From Cyanobacteriota bacterium (GTDB lineage: Bacteria; Cyanobacteriota; Cyanobacteriia; Thermostichales; Thermostichaceae), in assembly GCA_033764955.1 (NCBI GenBank), contig JANRIL010000002.1, positions 1 through 57,747 on the forward strand: DNA of 57,747 nt, written 5' to 3'. Made by a program: the position numbers and the translations under genes. The notes under the pieces were generated by a model, which made no database searches, was not told the origin of the DNA, and saw nothing but the letters and a program-made list of their open reading frames with translations. Shown piece by piece: positions 41,691 to 51,115 of this stretch (the stretch's first letter is position 1; each line of letters starts with the position of its first letter).

Positions 41691-41698
41691 GCACCGCA

Positions 41699-41784
41699 AC
41701 CCAACACTTCACGGCAGCGGACGGTCGAAAGCTACTGGTGCTGAGTTTAAGGTTATCTGCCGCCGCTCCGTTTTGCCGTTATCC
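41699..41784 (+). other. attC site
   Basis: R'' ACCCAAC, ACGG(C)AGCGG(A)CGG pairs with CCGCCGCTCCGT (two extrahelical bases), R' GTTATCC; 86 bp; 8 bp after the stop codon. Confidence 0.85.
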
Positions 41785-41889
41785 TGATAGTCATACGTGG
41801 GCAACCCCGGCTGGTCACCGAAGGTTTTGTTAATCCCCTGGCGCTGTCGGATCCGTTCCCACCCTTTCCCCACGATTGAGGAGTTGCTT

Positions 41890-43116
41890 GTGAAGTCAAC
41901 CTGGATGAACGCTTGGATCCATTCATTTGCCTGGATAGTTGGCCCCGGTGCCTTAGCCGCCACGACCCTGCTGTCTGGACAGTCCTTCAATCCCGCCCAC
42001 GCACAGGAACCCTTCAAGGCGGGCATGATTTTGGTGGGACCTAGCCAAGACGGGGGGTGGAACCAGGCGCATTTTGAAGCCACCGATTATGTGAAAAGCA
42101 AACTGCCTGGGGTGACGTTTGAATATGTAGACAAGGTGAACCCGGCGGATCGCCCCAACGTTAAGGGATCCCAGGTAGCGGATGATCTGATCGCCAACGG
42201 CGCTAAGCTAGTTATTTTCAACTCCGATGACTTCAAAGACGATGCCCTCGCCACGGCCAAAAAGCATCCAGAGGTGAGCGTGATTCATGTCTCCGGGGAC
42301 TATGCCTGGGCAGACGGAAAAAACTTTAAAGATCAGCCCAACTTGAGTAACGTACAGCCCCAGATGGAATATACCCGCATGATTTCTGGCTGTGCGGCAG
42401 CTTTGGGGACAGAATCGGGCAAGATTGGCTTTTTGGGGCCTTTGATTAACGATGAAACGCGGCGGTATGTCTCGGCAGCCTACCTGGGAGCACGCCATTG
42501 CTGGCAGAACTATCGGCAGAAGGATCCCGCCGACCTTGAGTTTAAGGTGGTTTGGATCGGATTCTGGTTTAATATCCCCGGTGTCACCCTGGATCCCACC
42601 AAGGTGGCGGATGATTTTTACAACGGGGGCTATGACGTGGTGATGTCCGGCTTAGATACTCCCGAAGCAGCGGTGCAGGGCAAAAAAGCGGCGGAAGCAG
42701 GCAAGCCTGTCAAGTTTACCCACTACGGACTGAAAACTGGCTGTGAATTGGCTCCCGACATCTGTCTCGGTGTTCCTTACTATAACTGGGGGCCTGCCTA
42801 CAAAACGGCGGTGGAAACCGCTAGCCAAGGCACCTTCAAAAGTGAATTTATTTGGTCAGCTATTGATTGGCAAGACATCAATAACCCTGATACCACTGGG
42901 GCGGGGTTTGTGCCAGGGGCAGCCCTTTCTGAGGAACAAAGCCAGCAACTGACCCAGTTTATTGCTGAGCTGGCCAAGGATCCCAATTTCCTCTATCAAG
43001 GTCCCCTCAACTACCAAGATGGCACGGAGTTTATCCAAGCGGGCGAGACCGCCACACTCTCTCAAATCTGGTACATGCCGCAACTGGTGGAGGGCATCGA
43101 AGGTCCCAGCCAGTAG
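41890..43116 (+). CDS. BMP-family ABC substrate-binding protein
   Basis: DGGWNQAH, GKIGFLGP, WIGFWF, YNWGP; GAGGAG before GTG at 41890. Confidence 0.88.
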   Translation: MKSTWMNAWIHSFAWIVGPGALAATTLLSGQSFNPAHAQEPFKAGMILVGPSQDGGWNQAHFEATDYVKSKLPGVTFEYVDKVNPADRPNVKGSQVADDLIANGAKLVIFNSDDFKDDALATAKKHPEVSVIHVSGDYAWADGKNFKDQPNLSNVQPQMEYTRMISGCAAALGTESGKIGFLGPLINDETRRYVSAAYLGARHCWQNYRQKDPADLEFKVVWIGFWFNIPGVTLDPTKVADDFYNGGYDVVMSGLDTPEAAVQGKKAAEAGKPVKFTHYGLKTGCELAPDICLGVPYYNWGPAYKTAVETASQGTFKSEFIWSAIDWQDINNPDTTGAGFVPGAALSEEQSQQLTQFIAELAKDPNFLYQGPLNYQDGTEFIQAGETATLSQIWYMPQLVEGIEGPSQ

Positions 43117-43178
43117 CCTGACGGGCACATGAATAGGATGTGATTTATGCTGGAAATCTCTCTTGTTGTGGCGCTGGC

Positions 43179-44312
43179 ATGTCCGAGTCTTCTGGTTCCC
43201 TCTTGGATATTGTGATTCCTGCTCCCGGTCGGGTTTATCGCGGTTTCAACATTCTCCAAAATGTTCCCTTGACTTTCTTGGGATCCCGTGTCTTGGTGAT
43301 TGGGGGATCCCGTTCCTTAGCTCAAGCTGCTCCCGCCCTTACCCTCAATCTGGTTCAGCACCAGGCTACGGCGGAATGGACAGCCTACGGAGCCGATTGC
43401 AGCGAGCGAGAATTGGCACGGATGTTGGCTTTGGGGCAGACGCATCGGGTCACAGGGGTGATTGGCGTGGGGGGGGGTAAGCCCCTAGATGTAGCAAAAT
43501 GGGTGGCTCAATCCCTCGCTTGCCCGATTCTCACCGTGCCTACTTCTGCCGCCACCTGTGCCGCCTGGACAGCTCTCACCAACATCTACTCTGATGAGGG
43601 GGCTTTTCAGAGGGATGTGTCTTTGAAGCAGGCTCCTACCGCCCTGATTTTAGATTATCAGCTTATTCAAACGGCTCCCGCCCGAACCCTCGTGGCCGGG
43701 ATTGGGGACGCGTTGGCTAAGTGGTATGAGGCTTCCGTCAGCAGTGGCGCTTCTGAGGATGCGTTGGTGATCGCGGCAGTTCAGCAGGCCAGGGTATTGC
43801 GGGATCTCCTCATGCAGGACTCCCTGCCGGCTCTGCAAAATCCTGGCAGCCAGGTTTGGCAACGGGTGGTGGATGCTTGCATTGTCTTGGCTGGGGTGGT
43901 AGGTGGACTGGGTGGAGCCAAGTGTCGAACGGTGGCTGCCCATGCCGTCCATAACGGCCTCACCCACCTGCTGCGCCATCGCGCTAGCTGGCATGGGGAA
44001 AAGGTGGCTTTTGGGATTTTGGTGCAGTTGCGTCTGGATGAAATTCTGCAAAACAATCAACTGGCTGTAGCGGCTCGTCGTCAGCTTCTCCCCTTTTACC
44101 AGCAGATTGGTCTGCCCCAAACCTTGGCAGACTTGGGTTTAGGCGAGCTATCTAGCGGTGAACTGAGAATGGTTGCCCAGATCGCTTGTGCGCCCGCCTC
44201 GGATATTCACCATTTGCCCTTTGCCGTGTCTCCAGAAGCCCTAATGGTGGCGCTGACTACCCCCTGTGTGGGCATCAGTCAGGGATCCCTACAATCCTCC
44301 TCGGTTGGGTAA
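43179..44312 (+). CDS. Glycerol dehydrogenase-like (iron-containing ADH family)
   Basis: GVGGGKPLD, PTSAATCA, GIGDALAKWYE, AHAVHNGLT, HGEKVAFG. Confidence 0.9.
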   Translation: MSESSGSLLDIVIPAPGRVYRGFNILQNVPLTFLGSRVLVIGGSRSLAQAAPALTLNLVQHQATAEWTAYGADCSERELARMLALGQTHRVTGVIGVGGGKPLDVAKWVAQSLACPILTVPTSAATCAAWTALTNIYSDEGAFQRDVSLKQAPTALILDYQLIQTAPARTLVAGIGDALAKWYEASVSSGASEDALVIAAVQQARVLRDLLMQDSLPALQNPGSQVWQRVVDACIVLAGVVGGLGGAKCRTVAAHAVHNGLTHLLRHRASWHGEKVAFGILVQLRLDEILQNNQLAVAARRQLLPFYQQIGLPQTLADLGLGELSSGELRMVAQIACAPASDIHHLPFAVSPEALMVALTTPCVGISQGSLQSSSVG

Positions 44313-44539
44313 TTGACCAGGAAGCGCGGGATGAACGTGGAGATTCAGGGGGGAACCCATGTGAGGAAATGCTGAATAGCACAAAGAATTGTATTGAGAG
44401 ATACTAAGTTAGGTCACGAAAGAATCCCCTCAAGCGTTGATGGGTCAGGGATTTCAGCCCTCTACGGATAGGGATCCCCTGACCTCAACTCTGGCCGAAG
44501 GGCTGTCTAGACTGGATTTATCAGGGTTGGAGCCAAGCC

Positions 44540-47005
44540 ATGACCGAGTCCTCCGTTCTGCCTATCCATGCCGCTTCCCTTTCCTCTCCGCATTCATCTA
44601 TGTCCACAGCCTGGGTGGTTAATTTAGAATCAGTGGGGCTGGCGGATATCGCCAGTGTCGGGGGCAAAAATGCCTCTTTGGGGGAAATGTTGCGCGTCCT
44701 CACTCCCCAAGGGATCCGCGTGCCTAAGGGCTTTGCCACCACCGCTCAAGCCTATCGCTATTTCATGCGGTCAGCGGATCTGGAAAGTCAACTACGCAAC
44801 CTCTTCCAAGATTTGGATGTAGAGGATGTGGATAACCTACGTCACCGTGGCAAGGTTGCCCGCTCCCTACTCCTGCACACCCCTTTTCCGGCGGAATTGC
44901 AAGCCGCCATTAGTCAGGCGTATCAACAGCTAGAAGCAATCTATGGCAAGGATGTGGATGTGGCGGTTCGCTCCAGTGCCACCGCCGAAGATTTACCGGA
45001 TGCCAGCTTTGCCGGACAACAGGAAACTTATCTCAATGTGCATGGGGTAGAGGGAGTTTGGCAAGCCTGCCATCGCTGTTTTGCTTCCCTATTCACGGAT
45101 CGGGCTATTTCCTATCGCCAGATCAAGGGGTTTGACCATCTGGAGGTGGCACTTTCGGTGGGTGTACAAAAAATGGTGCGCTCCGATTTGGCGGCTTCGG
45201 GAGTCATGTTTTCGTTAGATCCAGAAACAGGATTTCGACAAACCGTGTTGATTAGTGCCGCCTATGGGCTGGGGGAAAATGTTGTGCAGGGGGTGGTCAA
45301 TCCCGATGAGTATGTTGTCTTTAAGCCCACCCTCCAGCGGGGATTTTCTCCCATTTTGAAAAAGCGACTGGGCAGTAAAGCTCTCAAAATGGTTTATGAC
45401 ATTGGCGGATCCCGATGGGTTAAAAATGTGGTGGTTCCCATCTCAGAACAGCAGCAGTTTGCCCTACAAGATGCTGAGATTTTGCAGTTAGCAACATGGG
45501 CTTGTCAGATTGAGAATCACTACAGTCATCTGCACCAAACCGATACGCCAATGGATATCGAATGGGCAAAAGATGGCCTGAGCGGAGAACTTTTTATTGT
45601 GCAGGCTCGCCCCGAAACCGTGCAGTCTCAAAAAATGGGGAACATCCTAAAAACCTATCAATTGGTCAGTGCTGAAAGACCCCAACCCCTCCTGACCGGA
45701 CGCAGCGTCGGCGAGAGCATCGGACAAGGAATGGCTCGTTTGATCACAGAAGTCAGCAAAATTCATCAGTTCCAGGCGGGAGAAGTATTGGTGACCGATA
45801 AAACGGATCCCGATTGGGAACCCATCATGAAAAAAGCCAGTGCCATTGTCACCAACCAAGGAGGACGAACCTGCCACGCGGCAATTATTGCCCGTGAACT
45901 AGGGATCCCGGCGATTGTGGGCACCAGCAGTGCCACCCAAACCCTCAAAACAGGGGAGCCGATCACCGTCTCTTGCGCGGAAGGAGAAGAAGGACGGGTC
46001 TATGCCGGACTGTGGCCGTTTCAGGTGACAGAAACTCCTCTGGCTACTCTGCCGCATCCCCGCACACAACTAATGATGAACTTGGGGGATCCCGACCAAG
46101 CCTTCAGACTGTCAGGGATCCCGGCGGATGGGGTGGGGCTGGCTCGTTTGGAGTTCATCATTGCCAATCATATCAAAGTGCATCCAATGGCTCTGATTGA
46201 CTATGCCGAGTCATTAAAATCGGAGCCTCAGTTGGCCGAATTAACTGCTCTTTATGAGCATAAACCAGACTACTTTGTCGATAAATTATCGCAGGGAATT
46301 GGCATGTTGGCGGCAGGCTTTTATCCTCGTCCGGTGATTGTTCGACTCTCTGATTTCAAGAGCAATGAATACGCCAATTTAATGGGAGGAAAACGGTTTG
46401 AGCCTCTAGAAGAAAACCCGATGATTGGCTGGCGGGGAGCCTCGCGTTATTATGACCCTCGCTATCGAGAAGGCTTTGCTTTAGAGTGTCGGGCGATTAA
46501 ACGAGTGCGCGATGAGATGGGGCTTACCAATGTGATTGTTATGGTTCCATTTTGTCGCACCCCTGATGAAGGTCGTTTGGTGATTGCGGAAATGGCAAAA
46601 CATGAGCTACGGCAGGGAGAAAATGGCTTAGAAATTTATGTGATGTGTGAATTACCTAGCAACGTCATTTTAGCGGATCAGTTTTGCCAGATTTTTGATG
46701 GATTTTCGATTGGATCCAATGATTTAACACAACTTACTTTAGGATTAGATCGAGATTCGGCATTGGTGGCCGGACTATTTAACGAACGCCACGAAGCAGT
46801 GCAACGGATGATTCGACTGGCGATTGCTACCGTCAAACAGCATGGTCGCAAGATTGGGATTTGTGGACAAGCTCCCAGTGACTATCCTGAGTTTGCTAAA
46901 TTTTTAGTAGAAGCCGGCATTGATTCAATGAGTCTCAATCCTGATTCACTCCTAAAAACACTGCTGGTGGTGGCGGAAGCCGAACAGTCCCTTGCCTCAG
47001 CCTAA
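44540..47005 (+). CDS. ppsA: Phosphoenolpyruvate synthase
   Basis: VGGKNASLGEM, VRSSATAED, GGRTCHAAI, FSIGSNDLTQ. Confidence 0.97.
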   Translation: MTESSVLPIHAASLSSPHSSMSTAWVVNLESVGLADIASVGGKNASLGEMLRVLTPQGIRVPKGFATTAQAYRYFMRSADLESQLRNLFQDLDVEDVDNLRHRGKVARSLLLHTPFPAELQAAISQAYQQLEAIYGKDVDVAVRSSATAEDLPDASFAGQQETYLNVHGVEGVWQACHRCFASLFTDRAISYRQIKGFDHLEVALSVGVQKMVRSDLAASGVMFSLDPETGFRQTVLISAAYGLGENVVQGVVNPDEYVVFKPTLQRGFSPILKKRLGSKALKMVYDIGGSRWVKNVVVPISEQQQFALQDAEILQLATWACQIENHYSHLHQTDTPMDIEWAKDGLSGELFIVQARPETVQSQKMGNILKTYQLVSAERPQPLLTGRSVGESIGQGMARLITEVSKIHQFQAGEVLVTDKTDPDWEPIMKKASAIVTNQGGRTCHAAIIARELGIPAIVGTSSATQTLKTGEPITVSCAEGEEGRVYAGLWPFQVTETPLATLPHPRTQLMMNLGDPDQAFRLSGIPADGVGLARLEFIIANHIKVHPMALIDYAESLKSEPQLAELTALYEHKPDYFVDKLSQGIGMLAAGFYPRPVIVRLSDFKSNEYANLMGGKRFEPLEENPMIGWRGASRYYDPRYREGFALECRAIKRVRDEMGLTNVIVMVPFCRTPDEGRLVIAEMAKHELRQGENGLEIYVMCELPSNVILADQFCQIFDGFSIGSNDLTQLTLGLDRDSALVAGLFNERHEAVQRMIRLAIATVKQHGRKIGICGQAPSDYPEFAKFLVEAGIDSMSLNPDSLLKTLLVVAEAEQSLASA

Positions 47006-47020
47006 AACCACAAAACCCCT

Positions 47021-49234
47021 ATGACGATTGATAAATCCAATTCTCTGCCTCTTTTTCAGGGGCAGGTTCTTTTGCGGGAGGGTGACTATCAGCAGGCCGC
47101 TTTCTGGTTAGCCGAGGCCGTGGAGAGCCAACCGACGGATCCTCTCCATCACTGGTTGTTGGGAATTGCTCATACTTGGCTAGGTCAAGCATGGCAAGCC
47201 CAATGGATCTGGCAATCCTATTTACAAACCTATCCTGAAGCAGATAGTGGAGATTTGATCCAAGTTTTATTAGAGGAAGCAAGTTATCAGGAGAAAAAAG
47301 GAAATTTACCCCAAGCTGAACTTCTCTATCAGCAGATTATTGAGGTTGATCCTGAACACAGTTTTGCCTTCTATTGTCTAGGGATCCTCTGCGTTCAGTT
47401 TAAGGAGTTTGATCAAGCTCTCGATTATTTTCGTCAGGCAACGATTCACCATTCGCAGTTTAGTTTGGCTTTTCGAGAGTGGGGGTTAGCCCTACAAAAA
47501 ATTGGTCGGTTTGATGAAGCTATCTCCTGTTTACAGAAAGCGATTGATTTGGGTGAACATTCGTCTCAAGTTTGGTTTCACTTGGGAGTTTGTTGGCTAG
47601 AACGACAGCGCTATCCCCAGGCCATAGCATGTTTCAGAGTGGCTAGCCAATGGGATCCCGTTCATCCTGATGTTTTCTGGTGTTGGGGAGATGCTTGGCT
47701 AAAGTTAGGTGAATGGGCACCTGCTTATCAGTGTTTTCGGCAAGCTGTCCAGTTAGATAATGATTTTTTGCAAGCATTTTTGGTGGCTCACGCTTGGAAG
47801 TCAAATGGAAGAGAGCCTCATGCTCTCAGCGTCCTAATTCTTCGGGATTTATTCAGTAATTCTTCCCTTCAAACTCGAGAAGCAACACCTGAGAGTCTTA
47901 CGTTATCTGCTGACTGGCAACGCATTCTCAGCAAGCATCCTGATTTTGTCGGGATCCTCCAAGCATCACCGAACCATATAGTCCCCACCCAACATGCCAG
48001 TGAAATGCCTCCGCAATTAAATATCCCTTTAATCATTAAGGGATCCCTTCAACCCAATGTTTCTCAATCATTCCCAAAAGGGGGATATCGTTTCACAGAA
48101 GAATGGTTTATTGCCCAAAAGCGAGGAAATTATCAGCCGATTGAGCCTGCTCACCGTCTAACATGGATCCGTCCAAACACAGCGGATCCCTGCATTCAAG
48201 ATCGACTGCGAAACTTCTCAATTGATTCTCCAGCCACTTTTGTGGTCAGACTGCCCAATGCCCGTGCCCATGTGGGTCACTATCAAACCCCTCAGGCTAG
48301 TTTTGCCAGTGCTGTTATCACAGAAGATGAATATTTATTGGGAGATCTTTCTCCTTGTTTACCGCCCCCCGAATTTCTGGATCGTCCCCACGCCAATTTA
48401 GAAGATCATCCCCTGCTCACCCTTTCTTTCCTCCCCCCATTACATCAATTAGCGGGAACTATGGCCGTCTTTCCCTTAGGAGCAGTCAACTATTTTCATT
48501 GGATGATAGATGTTTTACCCTCAATGCTACTGTTAATAAACAGTGGGATCCCTTTGGAGCAGATTGACTATTTTTGGTTGCATGGTTATCAAAAACTCCC
48601 CTTTCAACAGTCCACTTTGCAGCGCCTAGGGATCCCTAGCGAAAAGATCATCGATGCCCGCCATCCAGCCTATCAACACATTCAAGCTGATCAGTTGGTA
48701 GTTCCTTCTTTGGCTGGTTATGTCAGCACGATCACAGCTCCTGCCTGTCAGAAAATTCGTAATCTTTGGCTCACAGAATCTCAGCAAAAGGAAGATATTA
48801 CCCTCCATCAACGCTATTATATTAGTCGCAAGAAAGCAAAGTGGAGACGCTTAATCAATGAACCGGAGATTTTGGCTTGTTTAGAACCCTACGGCTTCCA
48901 GGTTTTGCAATCAGAAGATCTCAGTTTGACGGATCAAATTACCCTATTCAATCAAGCAGAAGCTGTTATGGGACTACATGGAGCCGGATTGACCAATATT
49001 TTATTTTGTCGCCCCCACACCAAAGTGATTGAAATTTTTCCGAGTAATGCTATTCTCCCCTACTTTTGGACGATAAGCTGTCAACTAGATCTAGACTACT
49101 TTTGCCTGACAGGTCAGGTAACCAAGAGTGCTTATTTGCCTAGTTTTCTGAAAGAGCCTGATTTTGATCGAGAAGATACCTGGGTCAATCCGCGTGATTT
49201 GTTGGCTGTCCTGGCTCAAGCTAATTTGACATAG
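47021..49234 (+). CDS. TPR + DUF563/GT61 glycosyltransferase
   Basis: N-terminal TPRs; NYFHWMIDVLP, YISR..A..RR, HGAGLTN. Confidence 0.88.
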   Translation: MTIDKSNSLPLFQGQVLLREGDYQQAAFWLAEAVESQPTDPLHHWLLGIAHTWLGQAWQAQWIWQSYLQTYPEADSGDLIQVLLEEASYQEKKGNLPQAELLYQQIIEVDPEHSFAFYCLGILCVQFKEFDQALDYFRQATIHHSQFSLAFREWGLALQKIGRFDEAISCLQKAIDLGEHSSQVWFHLGVCWLERQRYPQAIACFRVASQWDPVHPDVFWCWGDAWLKLGEWAPAYQCFRQAVQLDNDFLQAFLVAHAWKSNGREPHALSVLILRDLFSNSSLQTREATPESLTLSADWQRILSKHPDFVGILQASPNHIVPTQHASEMPPQLNIPLIIKGSLQPNVSQSFPKGGYRFTEEWFIAQKRGNYQPIEPAHRLTWIRPNTADPCIQDRLRNFSIDSPATFVVRLPNARAHVGHYQTPQASFASAVITEDEYLLGDLSPCLPPPEFLDRPHANLEDHPLLTLSFLPPLHQLAGTMAVFPLGAVNYFHWMIDVLPSMLLLINSGIPLEQIDYFWLHGYQKLPFQQSTLQRLGIPSEKIIDARHPAYQHIQADQLVVPSLAGYVSTITAPACQKIRNLWLTESQQKEDITLHQRYYISRKKAKWRRLINEPEILACLEPYGFQVLQSEDLSLTDQITLFNQAEAVMGLHGAGLTNILFCRPHTKVIEIFPSNAILPYFWTISCQLDLDYFCLTGQVTKSAYLPSFLKEPDFDREDTWVNPRDLLAVLAQANLT

Positions 49235-49294
49235 CAATAGCCCCAATACAAGCCGTTTTGCCTGACCAATCCTTGAAAAAATTATCTGCGGTTT

Positions 49295-49903
49295 ATGAAC
49301 TCCTCCTCTCCTGTCCCTCCGGTTACTCAGTACCCCCGTTTGGCCATTTTAGCTTCTGGTAGCGGTACTAATTTTGAAGCAGTTGCTCAAGCCATTAACG
49401 AACAAAAACTAATGGCCGAAATAGCGGTCATGATTACCAATAATCCTCAGGCCAAAGTGATTGAAAGAGCCGAAGGGAGAGGGATCCCTTGGATTCTGTT
49501 GGATCACCGCCACTTTCCTGAGCGAGAAATGCTTGATCAAGCCATTGTAGAGGTTTGTCGGTCTCACGCCGTAGACTGGATCATTATGGCCGGTTGGATG
49601 CGGCGAGTTACTTCTGTTTTAATTGATGCATTTCCCCAGAAGATTTTGAATATCCATCCTAGTTTATTGCCCAGCTTTCCTGGCATTCGAGCCATTGAAC
49701 AGGCATTAGCCTATGGGGTCAAAATTACGGGTTGCACCGTCCATTTTGTCACTCTAGAGGTTGATCAAGGACCTATTATTGCCCAAGCGGCTGTGCCCGT
49801 TTTTGCCACCGATACTCCAGAGATTTTGCATCAACGCATTCAGCCAGAAGAACACCGAATTTTAGTGGAAGCCATTCAACTTTGTCTATCCTCAAGGGTG
49901 TGA
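49295..49903 (+). CDS. purN: Phosphoribosylglycinamide formyltransferase
   Basis: ASGSGTNF, NIHPSLLP, GCTVHFV, DQGPII. Confidence 0.96.
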   Translation: MNSSSPVPPVTQYPRLAILASGSGTNFEAVAQAINEQKLMAEIAVMITNNPQAKVIERAEGRGIPWILLDHRHFPEREMLDQAIVEVCRSHAVDWIIMAGWMRRVTSVLIDAFPQKILNIHPSLLPSFPGIRAIEQALAYGVKITGCTVHFVTLEVDQGPIIAQAAVPVFATDTPEILHQRIQPEEHRILVEAIQLCLSSRV

Positions 49904-49928
49904 GTCTAGAGAAAACTTCCCTTGGCCG

Positions 49929-51077
49929 CTAGTCAGAACTATTTTGCCGGTCTCGCAGGGTTTGATAGGCCAATTCTGCTAAATATTGGCTGGCATGGGC
50001 ATGGGCGTCTTCCTCGTGCTGAGCAAGGCTATCTAGGGCACGCACCTCTAACAACGGATGGGGAACATAAGAGGCCGACGCGACTTGACCCACCAACACT
50101 ATCAACGGCTTGCCTGCTTGTTGGGTGGCCTGCCAGATGCCCGATAACAGCTTGCCCATCCAGCTTTGGGAATCCAGTCGTCCTTCCCCACTAATCACCA
50201 AGTCGGCGGCGGCTAACCGTTGCTCAAACCCAACCTGTTGCAAAATACGCTCGGTGCCCGACACTAGAGATCCCCCTAAAAAAGCTACTAAGCCTGCCCC
50301 TGTGCCCCCAGCGGATCCCGTCCCCGCCAGATCGGCCACCGCCACCCCTAAGTCCCGCTTGATACAAAGGGCAAGCTGCTGCATGGCCTCCTCTAGAAGG
50401 GGCAGTTGGGCGGGGGTTGCCCCTTTTTGGGGCGCAAAAAGGGTAGCTCCGTTGGCTCCGATTAGGGGATTTTGCACATCGCTCAAGCCCAGCCAGCGCA
50501 TCCCTTGCACCCGCTGCCAAGCCAGGGATCCCGGAGGAGGTTCGATCCTGTGCAAGTGTCGCAACGCCACTCCACCCTGGGGCAACCTCTGACCTTGCCG
50601 ATCCCAAAATCGATAACCCAGCCCCCTCGCCATGCCTGTTCCTCCGTCGTGGGTGGCGGATCCCCCCAAGCCAATCCAGCCCGCTTCCAGATCGAGATCC
50701 TGGGCTACCGCGAGGATCAACTCCCCCAATCCCTGGGTGGTCGTGATGGCGGGATCCCGACGCGCGGGTGGCACCAACGGTAAGCCAGAGGTTTGCGCCA
50801 ACTCCAGAAGAGCGGTTTTTCCCATCAGCCCATAGGTGGCCAGTACGGGATCCCCTAGTGGTCCTGTCACCTGCTGCTGCCGCCGTTCCCCCTGTCCGGT
50901 TGACAGCAACGCCGCCACGGTTCCCTCCCCACCATCCGCCAAAGGCAAGCAATCTACCATAATCTGGGGATCCGCCCGTTTGATCCCATTGGCTATCGCC
51001 TCTGCCGCCGCCACCGCTGATAGGGATCCCTTAAAGGCATCGGGACAAATCAAAACCTGCCGCACCACCATCCGCAA
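49929..51077 (-). CDS. Glycerate kinase (GlxK/GarK family)
   Basis: PDAFKGSL, ADGGEGT, GGSATHDGG, GEGRLD. Confidence 0.92.
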   Translation of the reverse strand: MRMVVRQVLICPDAFKGSLSAVAAAEAIANGIKRADPQIMVDCLPLADGGEGTVAALLSTGQGERRQQQVTGPLGDPVLATYGLMGKTALLELAQTSGLPLVPPARRDPAITTTQGLGELILAVAQDLDLEAGWIGLGGSATHDGGTGMARGLGYRFWDRQGQRLPQGGVALRHLHRIEPPPGSLAWQRVQGMRWLGLSDVQNPLIGANGATLFAPQKGATPAQLPLLEEAMQQLALCIKRDLGVAVADLAGTGSAGGTGAGLVAFLGGSLVSGTERILQQVGFEQRLAAADLVISGEGRLDSQSWMGKLLSGIWQATQQAGKPLIVLVGQVASASYVPHPLLEVRALDSLAQHEEDAHAHASQYLAELAYQTLRDRQNSSD

Positions 51078-51115
51078 ATTTCCTGACCAAATTCACCTAA
51101 CTTCTAAAGTATGCT

